Shown here: piece after piece, positions 38,407-49,462 of the stretch
Layout of the letters: every line of letters starts with the position of its first letter
Numbering within the stretch: position 1 is the stretch's first letter
Assembly (NCBI GenBank): GCA_963796965.1
Contig: CAWCNS010000007.1
Location: forward strand, 576,001 to 640,000
Reading direction: 5' to 3'
From: Calditrichia bacterium
GTDB taxonomy: Bacteria; Calditrichota; Calditrichia; JAJRVZ01
Length of the DNA stretch: 64,000 bases
Position numbers and translations under genes: made by a program
Notes under the pieces: model-generated
What the model saw: the letters and a program-made list of their open reading frames with translations, nothing else
Database searches by the model: none
What the model was told of the DNA's origin: nothing

Positions 38407-41385
38407 CTATTTATGAAACAAAACAGATGCAGGTATAACCTCTTTTCTAATACCCGGGCCTTTCCAACTTACCGTATTGGAAAATCCGCCGCCCATTTGA
38501 AAATACTTTTCGCCAATTTTATAAATACCTGCTTTTAAGGCTACCATTCGAGATAACGGTGTAGCCGTCCCTGGTCCATCTTTATCAATAAATCTTTTTC
38601 CATCCATATAAAGGACGCCACCATCATTGGTTGATAGAAAAAATGTATAGACGCCATCTCTTGGGATTTTTATATAACCGGAAAATACAAATCCAAAGAG
38701 ACCGTCATTTTCGCGCTCTTCAATATTAAAATAAGGGGTGATACCCGTTTTTTTGGGTTGAAATGTATTAAATTCGTCTACATATAAGACATCTTCTTCG
38801 TAATATTGATATTTTAATCCGGGCTTGAATTGCCCCCCCTCATAATTCTTAAAATGTGTAAAATCAATTTTCTCTAATTTTTCTATTATTACCTTTACAT
38901 TAGTGCTTGGAAGTAATCTATCCTTTTTTGCGAAAAATTCCAAGCGGGTTGTTTTATCCAATTGGAAGGGATTTGTATAAAGATTCGAATTTTCTGTTGC
39001 CCTGCTTCCATCGGTTGTGTAGTAGATCTTTGCGCCTTCTGTGGCAGTTCCAAGCGTGATTGTCGCCTTATCAAAAAAGTAATTTTCTTTCACCTTATAG
39101 TAGGGCATCGATACTGCCGGGACAAATTCTTTGGTTGCCGGTCTGTCCTCTTTTGATGTTCCCCAATCGTAATTTGGATTTTCACCCATCTGAAAACTTA
39201 ATTCCCCACCCTTGACGATCTCCTGGTGAGCAAACCATGATTTTGTATAAGACCTGCCATTGAGTTTGGCTGATTGAATATATTTGTTTGTCTCGGATAC
39301 ATTATTAGCCCGAACGACAAACTTCTTTCCATTTTCAAGATTGATTATAACTTTTTCAAATAGGGGGCTTCCAATAACATAAGATGGCTCACCGGGCAGA
39401 ACGGGATAAAATCCCATCGCGCTCATGATATACCAGGCTGATATTTGTCCGCAATCTTCGTTTCCACTCAGCCCCTCCGGTGTGTCATCATAGAGTGAAC
39501 CAAGAATTTCTCTGACATATTTTTGCGTCTTCGGCGCTTCTCCTGAGAAATTATAGAGATAGGCAATATGGTGACTGGGTTCGTTTCCATGCGCGTATTG
39601 CCCTATTAACCCGGCAGCATCCACCACATTTTTATCAAACTCACTTTGATGAGAAAATAGCGTATCTAACCAGGCATTAAACTTGTCTTCGCCACCAATT
39701 AAATGGATCAATCCCGTCACATCATGAGGGACGAAAGCACTATATTGAAAGGCATTCCCTTCCACATAATGCCCGCTTGGTTCTGCCGGATCAAATGGGG
39801 TGACCCAGCTGTAATCCTTGTTTTTCGGGCGCATGAAACCAGTCGAGGGATCAAACAAATTTGTATAAAACCGGGCACGCTGTTGATATAGCAGGTAATC
39901 ATCATTTTTATTCAGATTTTTTGCCATTTCGGCCACACACCAATGATTGTAAGCATATTCCATGGCAATGGCGACAGAGCCCCCGGTTCCTTCAATATCG
40001 GCCGGAATAAAGCCCAAATTATTGAAGTAATCAATCTCTTCCATGGACTTTTTCATTCCCTCGTAGGCCAATGCGACATCATAATCCTGAATTCCTTTGT
40101 TGTAAGCATCTAATATAAGCGGAAGTGCATGATTGCCAATCATATTCCCTGACAAATGCCCGTTGATTTCCCAACGCGGCAATCTGCCGGCAATCCTGTA
40201 CATTTGGAGCGCTGCTTTAATCCAATCGTTTGTTCGTGATGGCGAAAGAATGGTGAAAAGAGGTAAATGTGTTCTAAATACATCCCACAGCGAATAGATG
40301 GTATAATTGGTGAAGTCAGTAGCCTGATGCACTTTTTTATCCACGCCCCGAAAACGCCCATCCACATCCATAAACAAGTTTGGCGCTAAGGCAGCGTGGT
40401 ACATGGACGTATAAAAAATACGCCGTTCTTTTTCTGTGCCGCCTTCCACTTCAATTTTTGACAGCTGTTTATTCCAGGCATTCCTGGCCTTTTCTTTTAT
40501 TTTAGAAAAATCCCAACCGGCATTTTCAGCTTCCAAATTCAACTTAGCCCCCTCAACACTAACCGCTGAAATGCCAACTTTAACTAAAATCTGTTCATCT
40601 TTTTTGGTATTAAAACGAACAAAGGCTTTAATATTAATGCCTTGGGCTTTGCTTGTGCCAGCCATAAGTTTATCATCAACGGCAATTCCCGAACTTTTAA
40701 AAGGCTTTGAAAATTTTGCATAGAAATAGACATACTGATCGGCACACCATCCGGTAGAGCGTCGTAAACCCGTCATCACAGAATCATTTACAATCTGAAT
40801 ATTTGATTCAATGACTTTATCCCTGTGTTTTAAATCAATAATAATATTTGACGCTTCCGATTGAGGGAAGGTATAACAATGAAATCCGGTACGTTCTGTT
40901 ACGGTTAACTCAGCCTTTACATTATAATCATTCAACAGAACTTTGTAATAACCCGGTGATGCCTCTTCATTTTCATGGTTAAAAGCCGAACGATAACCCG
41001 TTTTGGTATTCTCCTCATCGCCGGGGATAATCTGAACCTCGCCAACGGTTGGCATGAATAGCACATCACAAAATTCAGGTGAGCCGGTTCCGCTGATATG
41101 AATGTGACTAAACCCGAGGATGGTTTTATCAGAATAGTGGTAACCGGAAGAACCATCCCAATTTTCCATTCGTGTATCCGGACTTAATTGAACCATACCA
41201 AATGGCGTGGTTGCGCCGGGATACGTATGCCCATGCTCACCGGTTCCAATAAATGGATTAACATAGGGCGTATAATCTTTGTTTGTAGTTTGTGGATTAT
41301 TTTCGTTTTTTTCTGAACAACCAACGTTTAAAAACGATAAAAAAGCCACTAAAATAACGAGGTAATATAATTTCATAATTTCCAT
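38407..41385 (-). CDS. GH92 alpha-1,2-mannosidase-family lipoprotein with Fn3-associated and PA14 domains
   Basis: VNPFIGTG, PFGMVQLSPDT, SLWDVFR, YAHGNEPSHH, GNEDCGQISAWY, IYYTTDGS. Confidence 0.95.
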   Translation of the reverse strand: MEIMKLYYLVILVAFLSFLNVGCSEKNENNPQTTNKDYTPYVNPFIGTGEHGHTYPGATTPFGMVQLSPDTRMENWDGSSGYHYSDKTILGFSHIHISGTGSPEFCDVLFMPTVGEVQIIPGDEENTKTGYRSAFNHENEEASPGYYKVLLNDYNVKAELTVTERTGFHCYTFPQSEASNIIIDLKHRDKVIESNIQIVNDSVMTGLRRSTGWCADQYVYFYAKFSKPFKSSGIAVDDKLMAGTSKAQGINIKAFVRFNTKKDEQILVKVGISAVSVEGAKLNLEAENAGWDFSKIKEKARNAWNKQLSKIEVEGGTEKERRIFYTSMYHAALAPNLFMDVDGRFRGVDKKVHQATDFTNYTIYSLWDVFRTHLPLFTILSPSRTNDWIKAALQMYRIAGRLPRWEINGHLSGNMIGNHALPLILDAYNKGIQDYDVALAYEGMKKSMEEIDYFNNLGFIPADIEGTGGSVAIAMEYAYNHWCVAEMAKNLNKNDDYLLYQQRARFYTNLFDPSTGFMRPKNKDYSWVTPFDPAEPSGHYVEGNAFQYSAFVPHDVTGLIHLIGGEDKFNAWLDTLFSHQSEFDKNVVDAAGLIGQYAHGNEPSHHIAYLYNFSGEAPKTQKYVREILGSLYDDTPEGLSGNEDCGQISAWYIMSAMGFYPVLPGEPSYVIGSPLFEKVIINLENGKKFVVRANNVSETNKYIQSAKLNGRSYTKSWFAHQEIVKGGELSFQMGENPNYDWGTSKEDRPATKEFVPAVSMPYYKVKENYFFDKATITLGTATEGAKIYYTTDGSRATENSNLYTNPFQLDKTTRLEFFAKKDRLLPSTNVKVIIEKLEKIDFTHFKNYEGGQFKPGLKYQYYEEDVLYVDEFNTFQPKKTGITPYFNIEERENDGLFGFVFSGYIKIPRDGVYTFFLSTNDGGVLYMDGKRFIDKDGPGTATPLSRMVALKAGIYKIGEKYFQMGGGFSNTVSWKGPGIRKEVIPASVLFHK

Positions 41386-41694
41386 CTGGTTCGATTAGTC
41401 TGATCTATTCATAAAAAATTAATGTCTAAGAGTGTAAGTAACATATAATCACCAATTTAATTCCCCCTTAGCAGAGGTGCCTGCAATATCGGTTAAGTTA
41501 CACAATCTTTAGGAAGCATGGACCTGTCTCCCCTTTGAGAGAGGGGGGAATTAAAACACTCTGATTTTGCCTGCTCGGATAGATAATCTCATATTTTTAT
41601 TATGATTATCTAAACTGCAACAGCCACAGGGTAGTCCCATAGGACGGGATTAATCTCCTTTTATAGGGGGAACCTATCTCATATGTCATCCTTT

Positions 41695-42570
41695 TTATTC
41701 TTCTATTTCAATAGAATAACAAGCATTAAAATTCTCTTTTGGCTGAAGAGTGATCAATCCTTCTTTTGTTTCAAAATTTCTGTTCGTATCAAAACTATCG
41801 GCAATTCCAATCCAGGGTTCAATGCAAACATAATCTGCAGCGGGCTTGGCCCAAATACCCAAATAAGGGAAACCGTTAAAACTCACCGAAAGAACCTGTC
41901 CCGACCTTCTACTTTTTAAACTTACTTTTGTTGACTTTAAATCCTTAAAAACCAAGGCGTCATCATTGAAAAGATCTGGATGTAATTTAATAATTTTGGG
42001 CTCATCAAAAACCGGAAACGTCTCTTTTCCAATCAAACCATCTTTTTGCACACGCCATGTTTGGGACGTTTCAGGCTGTTCAAATTCAAGATAATAATCG
42101 TCGTAGGTTTCATCCTCATTCATCGGACATTTAAACCCGGGATGTCCGCCCAGTGAAAACAACATCGGCCCCTCTCCATGGTTAACGATCATATGTTCAA
42201 CTAAAACTTTATTCTCTTCAAGTCTATAGGTAATATTGAATTCGAACTTAAAAGGATAGATTTCAAGGGATTCTTTACTATACATTAACCTGAAAGCAAG
42301 GCTATTTTCAGTCTTTTCTACCAGCACTACATTTCTATTATTTCTAACAAAACCATGTTTCGGGCATTTGTACTCCTGGCCCTTATACAAGAAGCCGTTA
42401 TCTTTTAAGCATCCTATAACCGGGAACAAATTGGGTGCCTGCGAATTCCAGACGTCAGGATTTCCATCCCAGACATATTCTTTACCACTTTTGACTGATT
42501 TGATGCTGGATAATTCAGCACCAATTTCCTTAACTGAAACCTTAAAAAACTCGTTTTTTATTGAATGCAT
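41695..42570 (-). CDS. Aldose 1-epimerase family protein (LacX-like)
   Basis: GAELSSI, APNLFPVIG, KHGFVR, FSLGGHPGF, VCIEPWIG. Confidence 0.92.
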   Translation of the reverse strand: MHSIKNEFFKVSVKEIGAELSSIKSVKSGKEYVWDGNPDVWNSQAPNLFPVIGCLKDNGFLYKGQEYKCPKHGFVRNNRNVVLVEKTENSLAFRLMYSKESLEIYPFKFEFNITYRLEENKVLVEHMIVNHGEGPMLFSLGGHPGFKCPMNEDETYDDYYLEFEQPETSQTWRVQKDGLIGKETFPVFDEPKIIKLHPDLFNDDALVFKDLKSTKVSLKSRRSGQVLSVSFNGFPYLGIWAKPAADYVCIEPWIGIADSFDTNRNFETKEGLITLQPKENFNACYSIEIEE

Positions 42571-42982
42571 ATTATCCCTTAAGTTAGTTTGTTGAAACAT
42601 TAAATGATATTACGAAATCTTTTTAAAAATTCCATCTAAATATCGGAAAAGACATTACTACTCCAGAATATACAAGAAAACCAAAATCTATAAATAATTT
42701 GAGTTCATGGTATTGATCATTGGAATGAATACATCTTCACGGATGAAGTTTATGATTCTGCTAACCTGTAGGACTGTTCTTATAAACTGGAAAGTTGAAA
42801 TTATAGAACGATGTCAGCGATGGATGGCATCGGTAGCGGATTCCGTTGAATGCAGTAACACTACAAAAGCTACAGTTTAAGGGACAACCGCTAAAGTTTC
42901 TTTATTTTAGAAAACTATTATTGTTTAATGATACTATTTCAATTCGATCAATTAACGGTAGAAATATTTTTTATTTGTCTGA

Positions 42983-43837
42983 TTATTTATTCAACGGAAC
43001 TACGCCTGCCATTTCTCCAATTATATTCACCAACTCAGAGCCTGTTGGAATGACTATTTTTGCGTTATTCTCAAGTGCCGATTCAAGCGCCTGTAATTTT
43101 CTTAGCAATTGTGCATTCCCGATAAAATATTTATCTGCTGCCTCATTCACCAAACGAATGGCCTCCGCGTCGCCTTCTGCATGTAAAACGCTTGCTTGCC
43201 TGACTCCTTCGGCCTCCTTGATTTTGGACCGTTTTTCACCATCTGCTTTGGTCTCTGTTGCCGTGGCATAATCGATGGCAGCTATTTTTTCATTTTCAGC
43301 TTTTACAACTTTATTCATTGTTTCCTGAACATCTGCCGGTGGATCGATCTCTTTTAATTCAGTACGGACAATTTGAATGCCCCAACTTTGAGTTTCTTCG
43401 TGCAGGGTTTTATGCAGTTCAGAATTTATTTTACCTCTCTCACTATTAGCGGATTTTAAAGTAAGCGTACCAATAATATTTCTAAGAGTGGTTCGGGCAA
43501 GATTTACGATCTGCCACTGATAATTATTAACATTATATTGTGAGCTCTTGACGCTTTCTTCATCGGATTTTACTTTAAAATAAACCTGGGCATCCACTCT
43601 GGCATTTAGATTATCGTTGGTAATTATTTCCTGCGGTTCAGCATCTATCATTTGTTCGGTTGTATTAACCTGGAACATTCTTTCGATGACAGGAATAATC
43701 CAATGAAATCCCGGATTAGAAAAACGGTTATATTTTCCCAATCTTTCAATTAAGCCTCTGTGAGTAGGTCTTATTATTCTAATTCCCAGAATAAATACTA
43801 TAATAAGAGCAATTATAATTATAATAATTATGTTCAT
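42983..43837 (-). CDS. SPFH/band 7 domain membrane protein
   Basis: N-terminal TM, ERLGKY, QEIITNDN, TTLRNIIG, WGIQIVRTELKEIDPP. Confidence 0.93.
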   Translation of the reverse strand: MNIIIIIIIALIIVFILGIRIIRPTHRGLIERLGKYNRFSNPGFHWIIPVIERMFQVNTTEQMIDAEPQEIITNDNLNARVDAQVYFKVKSDEESVKSSQYNVNNYQWQIVNLARTTLRNIIGTLTLKSANSERGKINSELHKTLHEETQSWGIQIVRTELKEIDPPADVQETMNKVVKAENEKIAAIDYATATETKADGEKRSKIKEAEGVRQASVLHAEGDAEAIRLVNEAADKYFIGNAQLLRKLQALESALENNAKIVIPTGSELVNIIGEMAGVVPLNK

Positions 43838-43997
43838 TTTATCCTTCCTTTTCCATTTAAATGGTGCTTATTGTGACAATCCTTTTACAGGCCAGCTCAT
43901 TAAATTTGGTTGAATTGAAAAATGGGATCAGATTGCCATCGCAATTTTAGTTTTTTTCATGAGCTACTTCGGGAACCAGTAATTTTTTTCATTCTTC

Positions 43998-44632
43998 TTA
44001 GTTGAGTATATAACCCTTCCTTTTTGCATAAATCCAGAGATATCTCTGCAGCAATTTTCTCCTCGTATATAATCGTGACATGACATCTTTCAAAGGCTTC
44101 TCAATTATTTCGGCAATTTCATTATAAGAAAATCCTTCAACGCCACAGAGAAGAATCAGTAATCGCAACTGATCGGGCAAATTTTCAAGTGCATTTTTAA
44201 TATCGTTTTCATGGAATTTCTCTAAAAAACTTATTTTGTTAGTATTCTCCAGCCCATTATAATCATGGATCTTTTTGTAGAGATAAAATTCATCTAAATC
44301 ATTATTAAAACCAATATTAGTCTGTTGGTGGATTTTTGATACGCTTTAAAGTACTTATTAATTAGAATGCTAAAAGACCTGAACTTGAAATCAGTAATTT
44401 TTTGATGCAGGTCAAATTCTTGAAATGCTTTATCTAATGTGTCCCGGGTCATATCTTCAGCATCATTCTGATTATGTGTCAATCTAAAAGCGGTGCTATA
44501 AAGAGAATTAAGATGGGGGGTAACCAATGATTCGAATTCATGTTTTCTTTCCGTTGAAAAATGATTTTCTCCTTTGGTTCTTGCTGAGGAGCCGGGGCTT
44601 TCCGGTAATGAGATTTTTTTCATTTTGTTCAC
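43998..44632 (-). pseudogene. Degenerate ECF sigma-70 factor
   Basis: HLNSLYSTAFRLT..DAED region 2 and EGFSYNEIAEII..VMSRL region 4 in different frames; several normally conserved residues look altered. Confidence 0.75.
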
Positions 44633-44634
44633 CT

Positions 44635-44830
44635 TTATTTTCTTAATGCTGCCAATTTCCTAAACAAGTCGATTTCCTGTTCACTAAGATGCCTTGGCAT
44701 CTTGATGACAATCTTCACAAACAGATTCCCAAATTCATTCTTCCTACCAAAAATCGGCATACCGAGTCCGCGGAGCTTGAGCGCCGTTCCATTTTGGGTT
44801 TCCTTTGGTATATCGAACTTGATAATCCCT
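44635..44830 (-). pseudogene. DnaJ/CbpA C-terminal fragment
   Basis: Hand translation GIIKFDIPKETQNGTALKLRGLGMPIFGRKNEFGNLFVKIVIKMPRHLSEQEIDLFRKLAALRK*; no J domain upstream. Confidence 0.8.
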
Positions 44831-44966
44831 GTAATCCAATCCCCAGAAAAGACCCATCCTATTTGTATCCAAAATTATCGGCAGCCCGTCTTTATCAGGC
44901 ATACCAATATCGACAAGACTCAATCGGATATTTTATTGTTTAGCAATATATCCTGATAAAATAACA

Positions 44967-45011
44967 GGGCTCCGTCTCGTCACTTCTATGCGCACAAGAC
45001 GGAGCCCGCTT
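44967..45011. terminator. Terminator-like hairpin
   Basis: GGGCTCCGTCT...AGACGGAGCCC 11-bp stem downstream of the OmpA remnant. Confidence 0.5.
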
Positions 45012-45119
45012 TTAAACAATTCAAAGTTAAAAATAATTTTCCTAAACATGGCTGGCATCATTATCACTATTCATTTTCGTTATATTGAGAAAAGGTATCT
45101 AAAATGTTCCTCGCTCTGT

Positions 45120-45482
45120 TTAGGGATGAATGACCACCTCAACGCGACGGTTAGTAGCTCGGCCATCCCTTGTCTCGTTGCTTGCAATCGGTTTGCTTTC
45201 CCCGTAACCGATAACAGTTATTCGGGATTCATTGAGATCGGTGTTTGCTAAAAAATATTGTTTTACCGCTACGTCGAAGTTCTTGGGTGCCAGGATATCG
45301 GCGTTGGCATCTTCTGCTACTTTCATTGCCGTGTTAGCGTCACTGAAAAGTACCGTTTTTACATTGTCACCCCCGACGGAATCGGACTGTTTTTGTGCCA
45401 CTGCACTTACCACAAATAAAGCGGTAATGCAGATAACAACAATGATGAAGGTAAGGTTAAAGAATCTTTGTTTCTGTGACAT
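45120..45482 (-). pseudogene. OmpA-family protein with large in-frame internal deletion
   Basis: Signal peptide and short helical start joined at AVKQY to the OmpA tail GYGESKPIASNETRDGRATNRRVEVVI. Confidence 0.75.
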
Positions 45483-45689
45483 GACTGTCTCCTTTAATTT
45501 TATATTGTGTATAATAATTTATGCTGCTGCCCTCTCCCTAATATTAGGTTCATTCAATATCAAGCCAATTCGGTCGAGTGTCGGAGGTAAGGCGGAATAG
45601 TAGAGATTTTCCACCTCCTTTCTATTTTTTTTGATAATGTTGATTGCCGATAAACCAAACTAAGGTTTTTGCGCTCAATGATAACCAAT

Positions 45690-45790
45690 GCAATGCCACA
45701 AAAAGCAATTCACTGTTCGTTAATGTACCGTATTTTTTTAAGATTATCGGTCACCTTATTCCAGTTTCCTTTAATGTAAATCTTGTTCAA
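45690..45790 (-). pseudogene. CsbD-like general stress protein remnant
   Basis: GGAGAGG RBS, TTG start, MNKIYIKGNWNKVTDNLKK/YGTLTNSEL. Confidence 0.6.
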
Positions 45791-45857
45791 TTACCTCTCC
45801 TTCCGGTAAATTAAAAATGGTCGTATTGCTAAGTTGTTGTAAAAGCAAAAACATCAT

Positions 45858-46115
45858 TTAAAACATAAATAACAGAAATACTATGATAACGCATAAAAAT
45901 CCGATGATAAAAAGATAAATATTTATCATCCGTTTACTCTGTCCTAATCTCGAAAGTTTGGCCCATTTTTTTCTCGTTCCAAATTTTCCGGATTGTTTTT
46001 CCGCGTCCAGCCAATCAGTAAAATCATTGCCATTCTTAAAACCATGTTTCTCATAGAGATTATACGCCTTGTTCTTTATTTCCAGATTTTCTTCGTCCAA
46101 ATTTTTTTTTAACAT
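45858..46115 (-). CDS. DUF2934-domain protein with C-terminal TM helix
   Basis: IKNKAYNLYEKHG..GNDFTDWLDAE. Confidence 0.75.
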   Translation of the reverse strand: MLKKNLDEENLEIKNKAYNLYEKHGFKNGNDFTDWLDAEKQSGKFGTRKKWAKLSRLGQSKRMINIYLFIIGFLCVIIVFLLFMF

Positions 46116-46155
46116 TTTATCTCCTTTAATAAATTGCCTCAAATTTGGGCTGCCT

Positions 46156-46518
46156 TCAGTTTGATCCCAAAGATCCTCTTATAGCTCCCAGTATTGTTCT
46201 CCCTGTTGGGTCATTAATTCTCAATTTAGGTGATCCGCTTTGGTACAGGTATGCAGCCTCGCCTTTTGCCGATAGGGTCAGCAATTTTAGTCGCGGATGT
46301 TCCGCAAGTAAATGACTGCAGATTTTTGGCTCACCATTTGCTTTGATTGGCGTTATGATCACTGCGTCAACTTCAATTTCCCTGATCGCAAACAAAAGTT
46401 TGATAGGATCAATGACGTCTCCGAGAACTACCATATCGGACTGTCTCTCTATTATATTCCGGATAACATCGGATAACATTTTGGGGCGGCTGGCTAACAT
46501 CACTTTAATTTTTTGCAT
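46156..46518 (-). CDS. Degenerate stand-alone receiver-like protein
   Basis: KIKVMLA..DVIRNIIERQSDMVVLG..EHPRLKLLTLS; lacks the acidic phosphorylation pocket. Confidence 0.6.
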   Translation of the reverse strand: MQKIKVMLASRPKMLSDVIRNIIERQSDMVVLGDVIDPIKLLFAIREIEVDAVIITPIKANGEPKICSHLLAEHPRLKLLTLSAKGEAAYLYQSGSPKLRINDPTGRTILGAIRGSLGSN

Positions 46519-46723
46519 TTCTTACATTTCTTTATTCCATTAAAAAACCACTTTAACGGTTTTGGGAGGATCGATATTTTTACATACAAATTAGGTAAAA
46601 TATAGAAATATGCTATAGACACAAGGGTATAATTAAGGTCTGAAATATGACTACGGGATTAGTGGTTAATAAAGTGTATGAGGATAAGGAAGTACTAGTA
46701 CTATTGGTTAAAAAGTACTGTGA

Positions 46724-47380
46724 TCATTTTTTATTAAGCAGTTTTCTTTCACGGGCGTATTGTACTGTTTCCAGACGTTTATGCAACTGCAATTTGTCAA
46801 GAATGTTGTGCACATGGTTCTTTACTGTCTGTTCTTCAATAAATAGTTGTCTGGCAATTTCTTTATTAGATAATCCATCCGCAATTTTATTAATCACTTC
46901 AACTTCACGTGGGGTTAGTTTTACAGAACTTTCTGGTATTCTTTCACCAGTCAGCTCTGCTACCCGAGAAAACAACGAAGCAGCCATACGTGGTGAACAG
47001 AACGACTCGCCTCGCTGTACCGACCTAATACTTTCTACAAGGTATTCAAGTGAAGCTTCTTTCAGGACATATCCGGCAGCCCCGGCTTCGATACAAGTCA
47101 TAATTTCATCTGTTAAATCAGGCATGCCCAGAATAATAGTTTTGACAACAGGCAGGTCTTTGTGCAGCACCTGGGTCACATCAATTCCATCCTTATCAGG
47201 CATCCCGATGTCAATTAGTGCTACATCCGGGACCAGTTGTTTAATTTGATCAAGAGCCTCGCTGCCACTGGAAGCCAGGCCCACAATCACAATATCTTCA
47301 ACTTCATCCAGCATGGAAGCCAGACCTTCGCGGAGCAGGCGATTATCGTCGGCAATAAAGACGCGAATGGGATTATTCAT
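46724..47380 (-). CDS. NarL/LuxR-family response regulator
   Basis: IADDN, LIDIGMP, GYVLK, LTPREVEV..SNKEIA..TVKNHVHNILDKL. Confidence 0.95.
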   Translation of the reverse strand: MNNPIRVFIADDNRLLREGLASMLDEVEDIVIVGLASSGSEALDQIKQLVPDVALIDIGMPDKDGIDVTQVLHKDLPVVKTIILGMPDLTDEIMTCIEAGAAGYVLKEASLEYLVESIRSVQRGESFCSPRMAASLFSRVAELTGERIPESSVKLTPREVEVINKIADGLSNKEIARQLFIEEQTVKNHVHNILDKLQLHKRLETVQYARERKLLNKK

Positions 47381-47494
47381 ATAAGGTTACCTCAAATTGA
47401 AGTGCTTCTGCAATCTAAGAACATTTCTTCATATTGGCAATAACATACCCTCTTTAACGGCTACACTTGCCTTACAAATACTCAAGGCCTAACT

Positions 47495-47767
47495 CTACAG
47501 GTCCCTCTTTTGGTATATCTCTTCACGGGCTATATTCAAGCTGTAATTGACATATTGTTGGGTAAAATCATTGGCTGTTTTACATAAACTATAAAAATCA
47601 CCCATGACATGGGTCAAATCTTCTAGGATCATTTCTTGTATGGCATCATTGATTAGATTACTGGCTTGTTCTCTCTGTATAAAACTCAGTACTAACATCA
47701 CAAACATCGGTAAGATTGTGGCCAGAAGTACGATCCCAATAATTTTATGTTTCAATGTTAATTTCAT
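47495..47767 (-). pseudogene. N-terminal fragment of a membrane sensor (chemoreceptor/Cache-type)
   Basis: MKLTLKHKI plus one TM helix and helical start, ending after 90 aa. Confidence 0.45.
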
Positions 47768-47956
47768 AAATAATTTTCTTTTCCTCTATATATTCTCTTA
47801 AGAGATATATGAAGATGGTGGCTCGTAATAATTAAGGGCGTCAATTTAGTAAGAAATGAATTTACATGTTAGAAAATCTAAAGAATATGTATCATCGCGG
47901 ACTTAAGATAGGTACTAGGCATATCTTTGCCCAGAATATAAGAATTTATTGCTTTG

Positions 47957-49405
47957 TCACTTATAATCCATTCCATTTTTACTGTTTTCCACGGAATTTA
48001 TCCAGGAATATAAATCTTTTTTCATTTTTGCTGCTATTTCGGGTTTAGCTGCTATGATATCGTTCTGTTCTGATTTATCTTTGATCAGGTCATAGAGTTC
48101 AAAGGTCTCACCATTATTTAAACTTATTAACTTATACTGATGATTAACCCAGGAAAGCTTTTGTTTAAACAAAAATCCAATCGGCTTTTCTCTTACCTTA
48201 ATTTCACCTTGCAACATTCCCCAAAGACTGAGACCATCAATGGGTCGGCTATCTGGAAACTTTATATCCAGAATATCCAGCAGGGTTGGCAGGTAGTCGG
48301 AGGTAACTGCCGGAAAGTCACTCTTGACTCCCTCTTCCAAATGATCCTTCCAAATTACAAAAGCAGGTACCCTTACACCGCCTTCATACAAACTCCGTTT
48401 TCGTTCACGAAAGACCCCTGCACTTCCCGGTGTATTGTTTTCGGGGCCATTATCACTACAAAACCAGAGTATTGTTTGCTTCTGCAGATCCAATTCCTCC
48501 AGTTTCGTCCATAGTCGTCCAATTTGCTCATCCATCGCTGTTAATGTTCCATAGTAGATCTGTTTTTGTAAATCCAACGCTGAATAATAATTTCGATGAT
48601 CACGATCACTCACCACAGGTAAATGCGGCGTATGGATCCATATGGTGGTGAAAAATGGTTTATTATTGATGACAGATTTCTCTATAAATGGAATGGCTCT
48701 ATTCATAATAACCTTTGTATCATCTCCATTTAAATCGAGGATTTCCCTTTCTTCAATACCCTTCCAATAGGCTGTTCCATAAGGTTCTGTCTTTTCACCA
48801 CCTTCTTTTGCCTTCCAACCATACCTCAAACTCTCTCCATCTTCAAAGACGGCTGGATAGATCATTGGATCAAAAGTTGGCACCTTAGATTCCGTACAAA
48901 AATATTCCTCATAACCATGCATGGCAGGAATGCTATAATGTTCCAGATGTTTATCTCTTCCACCTCTGTTCGCATCTTTGACCAGTTTTGTTAGAGTACC
49001 CAAATGCCACTTACCAAAATGACCGGTAGCGTATCCGTGATCTTTTAGAATTTCGGGAAGGGTTATTTCCTGTTCTTTCATATGTCCGGAATTGGCGTTA
49101 GGGATATCCATTCTTAAGGGGTTTCTCCCCGTAATTACACTTGCTCTGGTAGGTGAACAAACAGCAGAAGCTGAATAGAATCTATCCAGGATAATTCCCT
49201 GAGAGGCCAGGTTATCAAGATTTGGCGTCTTTACTTCTTTATTTCCATTAAACCCGGCATCAAACCATCCTTGATCATCGGTCATGACAAGAATGATATT
49301 TGGCTTTTGTTGAGATCTGCCATTAGCAATTTCTTCTGTATTTTGTGAATTACATGAAGTAATACCCAAGAAAACAAAAAATGATAGTTTAATAAGATTA
49401 TTCAT
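47957..49405 (-). CDS. Sulfatase (Cys-type), lipoprotein
   Basis: KPNIILVMTDDQG, CSPTRAS, GKWHLG, PHLP, SDNG, SLYEGGVRVP. Confidence 0.95.
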   Translation of the reverse strand: MNNLIKLSFFVFLGITSCNSQNTEEIANGRSQQKPNIILVMTDDQGWFDAGFNGNKEVKTPNLDNLASQGIILDRFYSASAVCSPTRASVITGRNPLRMDIPNANSGHMKEQEITLPEILKDHGYATGHFGKWHLGTLTKLVKDANRGGRDKHLEHYSIPAMHGYEEYFCTESKVPTFDPMIYPAVFEDGESLRYGWKAKEGGEKTEPYGTAYWKGIEEREILDLNGDDTKVIMNRAIPFIEKSVINNKPFFTTIWIHTPHLPVVSDRDHRNYYSALDLQKQIYYGTLTAMDEQIGRLWTKLEELDLQKQTILWFCSDNGPENNTPGSAGVFRERKRSLYEGGVRVPAFVIWKDHLEEGVKSDFPAVTSDYLPTLLDILDIKFPDSRPIDGLSLWGMLQGEIKVREKPIGFLFKQKLSWVNHQYKLISLNNGETFELYDLIKDKSEQNDIIAAKPEIAAKMKKDLYSWINSVENSKNGMDYK

Positions 49406-49462
49406 AGATCTTTATAATTTATTTGGCTTATATCCTGAATTATGATCAGAGTGACGTGATTG

